A model generated the notes under the pieces. That model was not told the origin of the DNA. It did no database searches and was given only the letters and a program-made list of their open reading frames with translations. From NCBI GenBank assembly GCA_002269645.1, contig NIVC01000555.1, forward strand, positions 121,938 through 185,937: a DNA stretch of 64,000 nucleotides. The letters are read 5' to 3'. The translations under genes were made by a program, and so were the position numbers. Below, piece by piece: positions 35,596 through 48,678 of the stretch (position 1 is the stretch's first letter; every line of letters begins with the position of its first letter). This DNA comes from Macrostomum lignano. Lineage: Eukaryota.

Positions 35596-37717
35596 CGGCA
35601 GTGCGTTGGAATTGCGTTGGTTATCACTTCTCTGACCTGCTGGATAGTTGCTACTGTCTCTGTCTGACTCTTGTTTTCGTTCACTTTTTGCTTAGTATTT
35701 TATATTCCTCTCATTGAATATTATTGCACGTTGACAAGCATACTGGTATTTTTAGCAGTGATGACGCAAGAGACATAAAGTGACATAAAGTTGTACTTAA
35801 TGGGGACCGTAGCCTAGAGCGCTCTTACGTGCCAGCGGCACATGCATTAATTTGGGGGCTAAATTGGAATTTCGGCTTGGCTCTGCTCGTGTAATTAATG
35901 CTCTTTAGGGCCAACCCAAGGCTCAATGAAGTGATGTGGCCGCAGCCTTCTGCTGCAAGCATAGGGCCGCAGTCACATCTTAGGCACTGTTGTCCGCTGC
36001 TAGTATGTGGAATAGGAATTTTTCTGCTGCCTCCATGCACTCTAAGCAGCCTTCCTTGGCGCTCAGAAGTTGCACAATATGGCGCAATCTTTGACATAGG
36101 AAATTAGGAAGTTTTGCCTTGCCTAGGGTTAGTTAGTGGAAGCCGCCAAATTTGGCGCTTGCCTGTACTGTTGTTGCCTGGCCTGCCGCGTACAATCGCT
36201 CAGTGTACGCAAGTCTAGTTAGCCGCACTCCTCCCCCGTGCGCTCTCTGGACCCTTCCCCCTTCTGCTCTCTCGTTCCTCCTGCGTCCGAGCCTCTCCCC
36301 ATGCGTCATTCTATTTTTAGACTGAGGGTTTCGCGGACCCCGTGTCCCGAGCTGAACCCTCCCTCACGTGCAGCCTTGTGCGCACAAGCCCAAATTTGGC
36401 ATGCCATTGTCACTGGTGGCTTGAGGCGACTGTCGGCGCTTCGTGCAAGCTACTTTCTCCCCCCATGTTTAATCAATATCTGTTGTGCATCATTATCCGC
36501 ACTTTTCGGGCTGCAGTTCCATGGTCAAGCCACGGAATGCCCAAACGCTCCACCCTCCGCGTTCTATATTAACGAATGCAGGCCCGCTTGTCTGATTTTT
36601 CCTCAGATCCGCCTCGTGAGGACTTGTCGAGAGCTTTCTCCAAGTCTAGCGCTCTAGCGCCGGTTAACAGCGAAGCAAAGCTCCTGAGCAGGTCTTGGTA
36701 GAGCTATAAGCATCGCTAAGCAGCTGCAAGCTCCTGAGCAGGTCTTGGTAGAGCATTGCAGCGCTCAAGCAGAAAGCACGCTCCTGAGCAGGTCTTGGTA
36801 GAGCATTGCTAGTGCTATAGCTCTGGTTTTCCAGCCTACCCTATTGGCAGGAAATCAGTTGGCTGAAGCCATTCTGCTAGTGTCAATTCGCGACACAGGC
36901 GCGAATAAGAGTGAGAGTGAGTGTGCAGTCGCAGCACTCGTGCGCGATTCTAAGAACTAGCTGTTAGTTTATAGGCCTTGAGTCTATTGCTGCTTCAGGC
37001 GCATAGACCTATTCCTCGCCGCCCATCTGCGCGAGACGTAGCTATTAGGTTAGTAGGAGTTAGGGGTCCTCTGAGAGCTAAACTCAGACACGCTCAAGCG
37101 CGGACATTTGTCAGTGCCAGGACTGCGCCGCTCAGGCCATTTGCTACCATTGAGTCCTGTCACTTGGACATTGAAATATCTGAGACTAGTTGTTCTAGCG
37201 TTATTTATTTGCGTGGAGCCCAAACAGACCCCTTCATTGCGGATCCTACGGTTCCCACGCTGGTGGCAGCACTACCCTTAATTTTAGATTTCTCCCCAGT
37301 CTCAACCCCCATAAGTATAACCGCTAAGACCGCCCCGGCCAATAGCAGTCCACCTCGTTCTATCCCGGGCAGTAAAGCGAGTTATTACAGAAGCTTGTAC
37401 ATGGCTTATGCTAAATAAAGTTAGGGCCGCTGTACACTCCTGTGTGAGTGTGTGCCTGCGCAGTGGAGTCGGCGGAATGTGTGCAGTAATGCTTCTCGCC
37501 GGTTGTGTGACAATGTCGCTTAAAGTGCGCCTGGGTGCACGCAGCCCTCTGAATCTAGTTGACGATGAGAAGGAATGACTTATTTGATTGGAGTTTTAAT
37601 TGCTGTAAGGGGCAGAAGTGTAAAGTGAATTCAACTCATTTCTTGGACTATATCGTGTTTGTTTCCCTGCATGTCGGATCTATCTGAAATTTCCTCTACT
37701 CGAAATCTACTGACTGT

Positions 37718-37800
37718 CAGGGGCGTCGCCACCGGGGGGACATGTCCCCCCTGTAAGAGATATGGGGGGACATGCCAATGCTTTGTCCCCACCCCCCCCC
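37718..37800 (+). mobile_element. Possible left end of a hAT-like non-autonomous DNA element
   Basis: CAGGGGCGTCGCCA at 37718 followed by GGGGGGACATGTCCCCCC; no matching right TIR found. Confidence 0.35.
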
Positions 37801-37817
37801 CCAACCACACCCCACCT

Positions 37818-38553
37818 GCGGCGCTAAAATGAGTGCCTGCGGCGCTAAAATGAGTGTCTGCGGCGCCAAAATAAGTGTCTGCGGCGCCAAAATGAGTGCC
37901 TGCGGCGCCAAAATGAGTGCCTGCGGCGCTAAAAGGAGTGCCTGCGGCGTCAAAATGAGTGTCTGCGGCGTCAAAATGAGTGCCTGCGGGGCCAAAATGA
38001 GTGCCTGCGGCGCCAAAATGAGTGCCTGCGGCGCCAAAATGAGTGCCTGCGGCGCTAAAATGAGTGCCTGTGGCGCTAAAATGAGTGTCTGCGGCGCTAA
38101 AATGAGTGTCTGCGGCGCTAAAATGAGTGCCTGCGGCGTCAAAATGAGTGCCTGCGGCGTCAAAATGAGTGCCTGCGGCGTCAAAATGAGTGCCTGCGGC
38201 GCTAAAATGAGTGCCTGCGGCGCTAAAATGAGTGTCTGCGGCGCCAAAATAAGTGTCTGCGGCGCCAAAATGAGTGTCCACGGCGCCAAAATGAGTGCCT
38301 GCGGCGCTAAAATGAGTGCCTGCGGCGCCAAAATGAGTGTCCACGGCGCCAAAATGAGTGCCTGCGGCGCTAAAATGAGTGCCTGTGGCGCTAAAATGAG
38401 TGTCTGCGGCGCTAAAATGAGTGCCTGCGGCGCCAAAATGAGTGCCTGCGGCGTCAAAATGAGTGCCTGCGGCGCTAAAATGAGTGCCTGCGGCGTCAAA
38501 ATGAGTGCCTGCGGCGTCAAAATGAGTGCCTGTGGCGTCCAAATGAGTGCCTG
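37818..38553. repeat. 21-bp minisatellite (gcggcgctaaaatgagtgcct), about 35 units
   Basis: Direct reading; source of ORFs 37631-38571. Confidence 0.96.
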
Positions 38554-39144
38554 CGACATGTGAGTTTCCAACGCGGCAGTGAATCGTCGCGCCAGCCTGG
38601 TCCGTCTAAGCGACCTGTTGCACCGTCGGCGACTTCAGCAACTCAGACCCTGACTGCGTATATTGTTATTGTTATTGTTATTGTTGTTTTTTTGTTGTTG
38701 TTACTGTTGCCGTTGTTGTTACTGTTGTTTAATTATCCAAGCTACTTCAATTATATCACAAGATAAGATCACGCTCCGTCGTCGCTACTTCCAGTAGTCT
38801 TTCATCCATGTGGTCTAAAAAAACCTGAGTGATGAAAACCTACAGCTCAGTTGATAGCGAAAGAGTCAGACGTCTTGCTATAACGAAAACGAATAAAAAG
38901 TTTAGATCAAATTACAACGCGTCATTTTTGAGCCAAAGAACCAGGGTGAGAGTAGCTGTGTACCAAAGTATCAGGTTATAATGAGCAACGAGAATTATTC
39001 ACATTTAACGCTTGGCAATCAGGCTGCTGTTATTTAGCCTCTCTTTCTCTCGCACAGAGATTCGCCAATCTTCTTCTTAATGCCGCACTGAAAAAAACAG
39101 TCTAGCCATGCCTGATCTGCACCGCTCTGGTCCGGCAGTTCCAG

Positions 39145-39886
39145 ATCTTGGAGCTCGGCTCCTTCGTTGACAACACGACTGGCATGAGAGACGTCGGTGA
39201 CATGAGGCACATTAGCCTCACAAGGATGGGCAGCTCCGTGGTATCTTCGATGTACGAAGGCGGTACCGCTTTTGTCGGCTGTGCAGCAGCGTCTGCGCTC
39301 TGGGCAGCTTCCAGTTCGCGGCTGTGCACGCCATATACTGGTGCTACTGCGGCAACCCCTACGGGTCGCTGGGGGCTGCTCCTGCCGAGGACTGCCATTT
39401 CGCCTGCGAAGGAAACTATATTTACAGAACTGCGGAGGCGACTTTCGAAACAGTTCGCTCCAGCTGGGCTACACCAGCGGTGAATTGCTGCTGCTGGTGG
39501 CCACTTGTTCAATCTCTGTTCTTCATACATTACTACATTGTACAGTATTTTGGTTGCAAAACTAAGTTTAAAGCAGTATCTGAAATGCCATTGAGAGGCG
39601 AATCGTTTAACTTCAAATTATTTCATACCGAATCGAAGGTAACAACTTCTTCGTCCGTGGCAACGGGACCTTCGTCGATCTCAACATCCCTGATGCCCTA
39701 AACTTTACGACTGTCAGCTCTCCGAGTCGGATCCAGTGCGTGTCGCTGTGCGCTGGTCCTGGCTGCCAGGCGGTGATCTTCAGCCAGCAGCAGCAGCGCC
39801 TGTGCCACCTGCTGGAGTTTGCAGTGCCAGCAGCGGCGACTTCTTTGCTGATGCTGATACAGTTGAGCAGAGCAGACGAGCTGTAA
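39145..39886 (+). pseudogene. WSC + PAN/Apple domain gene, copy A (frameshifted in WSC)
   Basis: WSC exon 39145-39479 lacks 22 bp after 39279 relative to copy B; PAN-like exon 39639-39886 (SRIQCVSLCAGPGCQAVIFSQQQQRLCHL) is open. Confidence 0.7.
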
Positions 39887-40147
39887 GAACCGCTGTTAAG
39901 AGGTAGATTAAATCATGCAATTTCATTTTTTTGAAAGTAGAAGAGATCATCTGGCGATTAAAAATTTTTTGTTTTATATTCTCCTAGAAGGCTTATCTTT
40001 CCTCTATGCTTGGTTGCACCGATGTTTTAAAAACATTAGCAACAGAAACGCATACCGGTAAGTAAATTAAATTCAGAGAAGATTTATATCGGAATAAATA
40101 TACCAAAATCCCCTTTAAAATCGCAAACATCACTGTACTCAATATAA

Positions 40148-43100
40148 TGGCCTCCTGTTCTCCTTCTCTTTGATGACTACTGCTGCTGCCTACTACTTTC
40201 TGCCTGCTGCTGTCCTCGCTAACTAGCACGGCCGGTAGCTGGCCTGAGTGGTCTAGCACTATGGTCCGAATTAACCCCTCTTAGTCTCTATCAAGTACAA
40301 TTAGATAATAACCGAGTATTGGTAGTTGGGTTGCTGCCACCTTGTAGGTCTACAGGTAATATCCTCGACAGGTTATCCCTAGTAGGTAGGCCTACGGTTA
40401 AGTAGAAAATAAGTAAGACAAGACAAGTCAGGTAAACGTTTATTAATGTGAATAACGGTCACGGGCCGATCCTAAATTATCGTTTAGTAGCTCCACTGGT
40501 GTCGCAGTAACGTTCCTAAGCCCTATTAAGCGTCAATGTAATGTTGCCCAAACAGCGTAGGATGTAGGCCACGAGACCAGGTCCAGACGGTGTTGAAGGT
40601 CTGGCGAGCTGATGACACAAAGACCTGCGGCAGTCTTAATGAGCAAATGGCAGCTGCAACAAAGGTTTGTTAGCAGGTTATCCCTAGGAAAAACGTCTAG
40701 CGAATTTGCCTAAGCTAGTTCGTCTAAGAAAAACGTCTAGGAATACTAGCCTTATGCTCGAAGCCAAGCAGGCGGTCCGAAGCGGATGGTCTCTTAGGGC
40801 CTTCACCTACTCTGTATTTATTTTCGGGGGTTTAGTAATTATTTAGTAATTTAGTAATTATTTTTATTAGTAAATTTCGGGGGTCTCAGGGCCAATGGGA
40901 AGCTCAGAGGCAGTTCCGTGGCAGATCCCATGGCAGTTCCGTGGACTGCCCGGAGCCAGGAACGATCTTGGAGATGTCCATAAGACATCTGCCTCATCAT
41001 GCAGCCTCCGCATGGCCTGCTGGTACACTGCTTGCATGTTGCAGCATGCAAGGAGTGCACCCAAGACCCCACGAGAGCCTACCCCGGGCGGAGAGCTATG
41101 CTCTCACTCCCGCTGACTAAATAAGACTGATCAGCCATCGCACGGCCACCGCCAGTCTGCTGGGCTACCAGAGGACGGTCCCCGTCTGCAAAGGTAGCCC
41201 GCAAGGTGGGGTGCTGTCTCCAGTTCTCTGGAATATGGTCATCGATGAGCTCCTCCGGGATGCTCGGCCTGACCCCATTCTGAAAATAGGATATGCGGAT
41301 GATGTCACCGCGGTGGCATCTGGTCCGTCCCCTGATACCCTCAGGGACCTTCTTCAGAACTTTATCTACGCCGCTGAGCAATGGGCGGACCGCTGTGGTT
41401 TAAGGCTCTCTGAGACTAAGACCGCAGCGATCATGTTCACCAGCAGGACCAAGTGGCAGATTCGGCCGCTCACGCTTTACGGAAGGGAAATCCCCTTCTG
41501 CAAGCAGACTAAATGTCTGGGTATTACCCTGGACCACAGGCTGAACTGGTCACCCCACGTTCAAACAAAAGCCAAAAAGGCCTTCGCAGTCCTCGCGCAA
41601 TTGCGCAGGGCTGTCGGCACCACCTGGGGGCTCACCCCCAAGCGCCTCTGGTGGATCTACACTGCAATGATTAGGCCCGCTATCTCGTATGGCGGCCTGA
41701 TCTGGGCTAGCGCCCTGCAGATAAAGACCTGTCTAGAGGCTCTCAGGAGAGCGCAAGGGCGCGCATGTCGCACGATCATGAGCGCCCCTCCGTCTGCTCC
41801 TTACGATGGCCTCAACGCCTTCCTCAACATTCCTCCGCTGGACATCTTTGTCCGCAGGGAAGCGGCTAAGACTGCCCGCCGTCTAGCTGACGCTGGCATT
41901 CGAATCCAGCCCCATAGGGCCATGGCTAAGCGCAAGCTTCTGCCCCACGCTGACCTCTGCCTCAAGGACTTGAGAGACAGCGGCGGGCTCCACGTCCTAT
42001 CTGACGGCGAACCCCGCACTCTCAACCTCTTTCAGGGCTACAAGGTCACCATCCCCTCTAGGGATGCTGCCAATGACCACTGGAATTTCCAGGAGGTCCA
42101 TTGCTACACGGACATCAAAGACGGTCGCGCCGGCTTTGGGGTCTGCATCATCATCAACGGCCGCGTAATTGCCACGCATGCCCAGCACACTGGTAGACTC
42201 TCCACAGTCTTCCAGAACGAAGTCCTTGCCATCAGCTCTTGCGCTGCAGAGCTGAACGCCAAGGTTACGAGAGGAAAGACTATTGTCATCCACTTCGACA
42301 GCCAAGCGGCCTTACAGGCCCTTTGCCACACCACAACGAACTCCCGGACAGTCGCCGACTGCGCCCGACAGCTCAACCTCCTGGCCAGAAGCAATACTGT
42401 CAGGCTGAAGTGAATCCCAGGGCACGCAGGGTTTCCGGGGAACGAGCTGGCAGACACCCTCGCCAAGAGGGGCGGCTCTGGCTCTTTCTTCGGCCCTGCC
42501 CCCCTGGTCCCTATGCCCTTGACAGTCATCAATCGTCAGATCGACGACTGGGCTCACTCCCTCCACAGGGACAGATGGGCGGGCACCCAAAACTGCCGGC
42601 AATCTCGTGCCGTGGTTCCTTGCCCGTCTCGCAGGCTCAGAAACATCCTTCTGAACCAGAATCGGAAGGATATTCGAGCCCTTGTCATGACCCTTACCGG
42701 CCATGGCTACCTCGCCAGGCACTGCTTCCTCCGAGGCGACCTCGAGAGCGAAATTTGCCCCTTTTGCGAGTGCGACAATGAAGATGCTCAGCACTTTGTC
42801 TGTCACTGCCCTTTCTTTAACAGAGACCGGCTGCGCTACCTCGGGCCGAACCCGTCCATTGACGAGGTCTGCCAGCCCGACAGCATCTCACGGCTCATCC
42901 AGTTCCTTCGGGCGACTAGACGAGCCAGTTTCTTCCCAACGGAAGATCACGCTGCAGGACGGACCGGCGGACCACCCTGACCGGCCCCACGCCTCTGCCT
43001 GTCTGCGGGCCTTCAGGGGCTAGCGGAATGGGCGACCCTCGCCTCCCCGCTGTGTCTACGCAGCTAAGTCAAGTAAGTCAAGTACTAGGGGAGAGATATC

Positions 43101-43329
43101 CCACTGACTAATGTTTCAATTTTTAGCCCATTGCAGACTGCGCCAGGGGGAGAGGGGGGGAGAGTTTCTCTCCCTGTCCCTCGACAGCTGCACACCTGAG
43201 CCTGCACAAGGGAAGAGGAGGAAGGGACAGGCCCTATGCCCAGCTCCCACTGCTACAGCCCAAGCACTAACTGACTGACTAAGCGGGGATCCCAGGAGCA
43301 GCCTATGCTAGCTATGCTGGATCACCACA
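40148..43329. mobile_element. 3182-bp insertion with TG...CA ends and 9-bp direct repeat tcaatataa, containing a nested LINE
   Basis: tcaatataa at 40139-40147 and 43330-43338; paralogous sites near 50221 and 58591 carry a single tcaatagaa. Confidence 0.7.
41121..43084 (+). mobile_element. 5'-truncated non-LTR retrotransposon (RT - RNase H - CCHC; I/Tad1/LOA-like group), disabled
   Basis: GSPQGGVLSPVLWN, GYADD, KCLGITLD, RNase H YTD...E...D and (W>TGA at 42411)IPGHAGFPGNELAD, TLTGHG, CPFCECDNEDAQHFVCHC in one frame 41121-42980; tail taagtcaagtaagtcaag. Confidence 0.92.
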
Positions 43330-43386
43330 TCAATATAACTTTAATGTACTTTACTGCATCTAGGAAGACACCCGAGAAAAATTCGC

Positions 43387-43417
43387 GGGAAAGCCGTGGA
43401 GTTTCCGCGGTATTTCC
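43387..43417 (+). promoter_or_regulatory. Three Rel/kB-like 9-mers at 11-bp period upstream of helical gene copy A
   Basis: GGGAAAGCC 43387, GGAGTTTCC 43398, GGTATTTCC 43409; candidate 5'UTR intron 43573-43693 follows. Confidence 0.4.
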
Positions 43418-43702
43418 ATGGCATTTACTTTAGTTCCATGTTCTGAATCTGTAAATACGAGTATAAGTCTATAATGATTTCGGCTGCATAGCACAGACTT
43501 TGGCATCATTCACAGCTGTATTTACACGCCCTAATTCAGGTTCTCAAGTCTTCGAAATACCGGTATAGCTGAGTAAGTGTTCATAACTAAATCAACTGGC
43601 TGCTTTGGTTTAGCAACTTTTTTATTTTCCTATAAACTCGTTTCTAACATGCAATTAAGAACGTTTTTTTTCAATGTAAATTTTCCATTGCAGTTTTGAG
43701 AA

Positions 43703-44530
43703 ATGGCTCAAGGAGAAAATTATTCCTCGTACAACGGTATCCTTGAGTGGCTAAATCCAGCCACCAAAAATGCAAGGTTGATAGCTTCAGATTCAAGCAA
43801 ATTCGCTTGTGAACTGCGTAGTACGGAAAGAAGCGCAAAAAAGGAGCTGCTCTCTCTCTCAGATTGCAGCCCTTACAGCGTGGACTTTAGTGGAAAGAGG
43901 TTTCTCGACTCGATGGACGGTGCGAAATCTTCTGGAGATAAGCTGAAAAGTAAATGCGATGCGCTCTGTAAAGAATGGAAAAAATTTGCCAATGATTACG
44001 CTAAATCAAGCAAAGGGAAAAAAGAATCCACCGAATTGGACAAGCTGTTGAAAGATATGAATAAACTTTTGAAAAAATGTGCCGCTTGCAGACAGCAATA
44101 TTCTGTGACTCAAGAGAAATTAAAAACCGCCATCAATGACTGCTCCCTCTTTGTTAAAGAGCTAGAAAAGGAAGCGGACCGCAAGAGAAAAGAGAAATCT
44201 GCCAGAAAACTAAAAGGCTACGGTGCAGCAGTCGTTGGCTTGGGTGCAGCTGTGCTTGGTAGGCTCTCTGACAAGTTTAGCAAAGATCGCGGAAGCATGA
44301 AAACGATGCGTCGGTGCCTGATGCAACTGTCTGACTTGATTGCTAGCCTTGAGAGATCGACTAAAGACATGACGAGAAGCATCGAAAACGGAAGAAGGGA
44401 GAGAGTTAAAGATACGACACGTAGTAAGGAGCAGGAAAATAAGAAACTGAAAGATACGATACGTAGTCAGGAGCAGGAAAATGAGAAACTGAAAGAGCAA
44501 CTCCGAAAAGCTGGAATTTCAGATGACTGA
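43703..44530 (+). CDS. All-helical coiled-coil protein, family member 1 (275 aa; hydrophobic hairpin deleted, 14-aa C-terminal duplication)
   Basis: Intact ORF after ttgcag acceptor; paralogous to 50580, 58974 and (C-terminus) 48679. Confidence 0.8.
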   Translation: MAQGENYSSYNGILEWLNPATKNARLIASDSSKFACELRSTERSAKKELLSLSDCSPYSVDFSGKRFLDSMDGAKSSGDKLKSKCDALCKEWKKFANDYAKSSKGKKESTELDKLLKDMNKLLKKCAACRQQYSVTQEKLKTAINDCSLFVKELEKEADRKRKEKSARKLKGYGAAVVGLGAAVLGRLSDKFSKDRGSMKTMRRCLMQLSDLIASLERSTKDMTRSIENGRRERVKDTTRSKEQENKKLKDTIRSQEQENEKLKEQLRKAGISDD

Positions 44531-46574
44531 TCAAATTTTCACACCAAAAACTGACTAAAGCCTGCGAATTGGCTCTGCACACTATTGACTAATCGATTGC
44601 GAATACAGTTAACATTTTCTACTACCCTTTATGCATGGCAAAAGTGATCTTTTTAGCTACGAGTGTTTGAATAATTTTTGTAATTGGTATTGTATTTGTT
44701 CTAATTGCGCGATAGTTGGCTGTATCAACTGCATATACTCGTACCTGTACTACTGCCTACAATGTTTGCAATATTCAAGCTATCAGTAAGTGAAGTAGCT
44801 GGCCAGCTGCGGATAATGCAACATAATTTTAATTTCAGTATCGATTAGTTTTCTTCTGGTGACTTTTGAACTGCAATTTACTCCCTATCAATATCCCTAT
44901 ATTTACTCCCTTAGAATATTGTGCTAGCAATTTAGCTTCACTTACTTTGGGGGACTGTACTATATCGCCTTGGGGAACAGTCTCGTCTCAGCTGGAAAAC
45001 TACGTGTACTATACCTATACCATTAATTATCCAATGCGATCCAGAAGTTGGTGTCGTAGAAGCAGTGTTTTATTGCAGTCTTTGTCCGTTTATCGTGTAC
45101 TCTTTAGTTTCGTTATTTTTGGCAAATGCATTGCCGCTTCATTTTATTGTCTATGTCCCAACCTGGCGTATCTTGTAAGCCTAGAACCTACGGCGTCGTT
45201 CTATAGAATTCTGGTTGTTTTTAGTTGCACAATACAAGCGGCTGCCTGATCAAGGCTAAAGCGTTTTCTTATTCTTTCAAAAGTGCAGTCTGCAGTTCAT
45301 GACACTATTTTTCTATATTTCCTTGATAGACAGGCATATTTACTCATTAGTCAGGTTAAACAGGTAGAAATTTTAGGCCGGCTCATTTCCTCAAGAATTT
45401 GCTGATCAAGTGTTACTCACGCTAGACAATGTAAATTACATCCTTGAGCAGTGATGATCTCCTAATTAGCAGGTATGAGGGGTATTTTCGGAAATTGTTT
45501 CCACTTCCTCTATAATGCCACTAATTTTGAATTTAGTATTCCAAAAAAATGGGAGTCGACTTTGTTAAAAAAACCGTTCCTCCATAATCCCATTAATTCT
45601 ATCTGTACTATCCCCAAAGAATCGTATTGTTCAAACTTCATTCAATTGTCTGCCCAAAGCCAGATCCCAACAGCTTTCAACCACCAGTACAGTGTGGAGA
45701 GCTCAAACAAGGCTGTCGCCAGGATAGGCCCAGCGGAGACGGAGAGGATGAGTTTTGGGAGAGAGTACGCAGAGAGAAGCTTGCCCGGAAGGAGAAACAG
45801 ACAGAATTGAACAGCGAAGGCTATTCCTGAAGTAAGGCAATTGTACTCTCCACCTTTCTACCTGCTGAGCCAGCAGAGGCTGTATCGATTTTTCTGACTA
45901 AGCATCCCCTCAGCAGCGGTCGCAGTCCCCAACGTTTGCGTCCATTTTTAAGCGATGCGGAATTTCTCTTTTGCGCTTGCGAGCCATTGAGCTAGCATCT
46001 CACAAAGGCGCTTCTGTTGATTGGGTTAACAAGTTGAAGCCGAACCAGATACTGCCAGAATCAGATACTGCAGTCTCCAATATTGCATTGAAGCTGTCAT
46101 GACAAGTATTGTGCCTTTCTGTCTACTTATAGTAAAGCAACATCAAAATGCTCCTATTTTATGATTACAATGCTGCAAGTATCCGATAATACAGTATTCG
46201 TTTTTATGCAGAGAAGCTCTCACGACAACTACTATACGTTTTTGTCTACTTATAGTAAGGCGATGTTAAAATGCTCCTATTTTATGCCAGATTCTTTGCC
46301 AACTTTAATATCACATTCTCTCAAAACTCAAACTGCAGAGATTGTAGGTCTCGGGCTTGTAGGTCCTTAAATTTTCGTTGGAGTTCGATTTTGTACGATC
46401 GCTATCGATCTGCACTGAATATCCTTGTCGCTGTTGCAGTCTCTGCGCAAGGAAATCTATTTATACTGTATGTGTGCACAGTAAGTCTCTTCCAAGTCTT
46501 GCTCATTTCCATACTAATGGCCAGTAAGTGCTACTGCAATCAGCCTTTTATCAGGCTAGTTCACACTCACGCTG

Positions 46575-46755
<181 letters not shown>

Positions 46756-46936
46756 GACACCATACAAATATGCAAACGACTTTTATGTAGTCTCTGAGTG
46801 TACTTCAGTGTATTGTTGTGTAGAGTAGTGTACTATGGTTGAGCAGTAATGTTTAGTACAATGTTCTGTATAAGCAATAATTGGAAACAAAAGTACGCGG
46901 TGATTGTTCAATATTCAATAGACCAGATTGACTCAG

Positions 46937-47206
46937 TCAGGGCTTGAAAAGGTTGGCAATATCCAGGCCACACTCGAGACATGCCAAGCAGATGTGGATG
47001 CAGCAGCAGACATTTTCCAGAGTCTCCATCTTGCTCGTCTCTGCTTTTGTGTCCTCCACTGAAGTTGCAATAATTTTCTCCCGATCTGACGAGCCTGCAG
47101 GCTGATCCAGCGTTGCGTCATTGGGTGCTTCGAGGACTGCTTTGTTCTTGTCTATGGAGTTCTTCATTTCAGTAGCTTTGCAGCGTCTCTTGGCAGCGAA
47201 TGCCAT
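46937..47206 (-). CDS. CYSTM-like small protein, 89 aa
   Basis: MAFAAKRRC...ENVCCCIHICLACLECGLDIANLFKP-stop; paralog at 63407. Confidence 0.7.
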   Translation of the reverse strand: MAFAAKRRCKATEMKNSIDKNKAVLEAPNDATLDQPAGSSDREKIIATSVEDTKAETSKMETLENVCCCIHICLACLECGLDIANLFKP

Positions 47207-48457
47207 TTATAGACTCTTCCCAATCGTCAGTTTAAATGTATTCACAACGCGAAGTTGCCACACTTTGTCAGTACAGCAAGCCAGTTCGTGTACATACATG
47301 TAGTAGAGCTTATCACTAAGCACTAGAGATAAGTTTTGTGACTATTTTTTTGGCGTAAGTTGGTGACACGTCGGCTAAAAATACTTTGAATGAGCCAAGC
47401 CATTTATTTCGGCCATGATAATAAAAATACTTTTAAAAAGCAACTTTTTTGCTCAAAGCAAAATTTGCACTCTCGTTCACTCGTTCACTTTCTTCATGCT
47501 GAAATGATACGCCGTACGGTGCGCATGATATGCAGCTGTCTTTGTGATGCAGCTCTCCCTAATATATTATAGTAGTGTTGTAATTAGAATGTCGTGAATG
47601 TCTGTTCTTGGAGATTTGACGCTTTCCTTAGTTATTTGACACTGTTCTTGTGTTCTTGGAGATTTGACACTGTTCTTGTAGATGTGACCCTGGAGATTTG
47701 ACGTTGTCCTTGGAGATGTGACGCTACTATCACTGTGAGAAGTTACTGCTTTAGGCTTTTGACATTTTCAAATGTTGAGACGACAACAGACCAGCAGCTA
47801 TCTAGGAGTTTAACAGTAATTCCCTCGCCGCTAACTAAAGAGCCCTAACTTTGACACAGAAGGCTACTCTGCCCAGAATATTAGTCTCGTAAACGCCACT
47901 TTAACTCGGGTTCCTTTTGGCACACCATGCGGCTGCTTGAAGCAAACTGTTCCAAGCAAACCAGCAGCTGGAGCATGGCTAGCTTCTCCCTGCGCGTGAC
48001 GGGACTCTCAGTAATTAATCACTGTTTTCATTGCTTTGAAAACATATTGAGAATTCATTTTGAAACGACTGTTCTGAAATATCAGTAATGTATATGGAAT
48101 CAGTCATGCAAACTTTTAATGCTTTACGAGGTACGCTACAGCTTTTTAGCTGAAGAAAGGTAACGTAAAACGTCACTAGCTACTTACATGAGTAGAACGT
48201 GCTGATGCATGCTGATTCATATCACTTTAAAAAATGAAAAGCGGTGGTTGTACTTAAAATTCCAAATTAATGTACATTTTCAATTGTTTCCCTCAATCTT
48301 CATTAATTTTCCTTAAGTGAAATTACTCTAAGCAATGTTAAACAAGCTAGGTTTTGAGACTAAAGAATACTCGTATTATTAACCAGAAAAGCATGGAATC
48401 AGTTTGTTGTCAGTCACGATAGTAAGGCCCTGGCCCTGATTCGCTAGAGCCTGAAAA

Positions 48458-48477
48458 GGTTTTTCCGCGGAATTTCC
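48458..48477 (+). promoter_or_regulatory. Two Rel/kB-like 9-mers at 11-bp period upstream of the divergent helical gene
   Basis: GGTTTTTCC 48458 and GGAATTTCC 48469; TTTCCGCGGWATTTCC shared with the other three paralogs; candidate 5'UTR intron 48589-48677. Confidence 0.45.
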
Positions 48478-48678
48478 TTTTGAACGCAGTTTAAACATCT
48501 GGCTGCAGGAAAAGCTGCTATTTCTTCCCGCGGGCAGAACTCAGTCCAGCTTCTCAAACCCTAAATTTCAGTCTATAGAAACCTTTAGGTAAGTTTAGAT
48601 GATGAAGTACCCTACCTACCTTCTTTTGATAAGTATGTACTCATGTACTAAAAAACAATTCATTGTTTTATTTCCAGA

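Noticed and set aside
36680-36805. CRISPR-like 25-bp repeats at 50-bp period
   Set aside because: Only three copies, spacers resemble each other, eukaryotic context, no cas genes.
35790-37512. Solo LTR (AATAAA at ~37414, end ...tgtgaca)
   Set aside because: No matching 5' end with TSD, no PBS or PPT found.
40600-40660. Hammerhead ribozyme (CTGATGA core)
   Set aside because: No stem II followed by GAAA could be built.
45640-45860. Hydrophobic minus-strand frame resembling a membrane protein
   Set aside because: No start, stops differ between copies, expected as the antisense of an AG-rich stretch.
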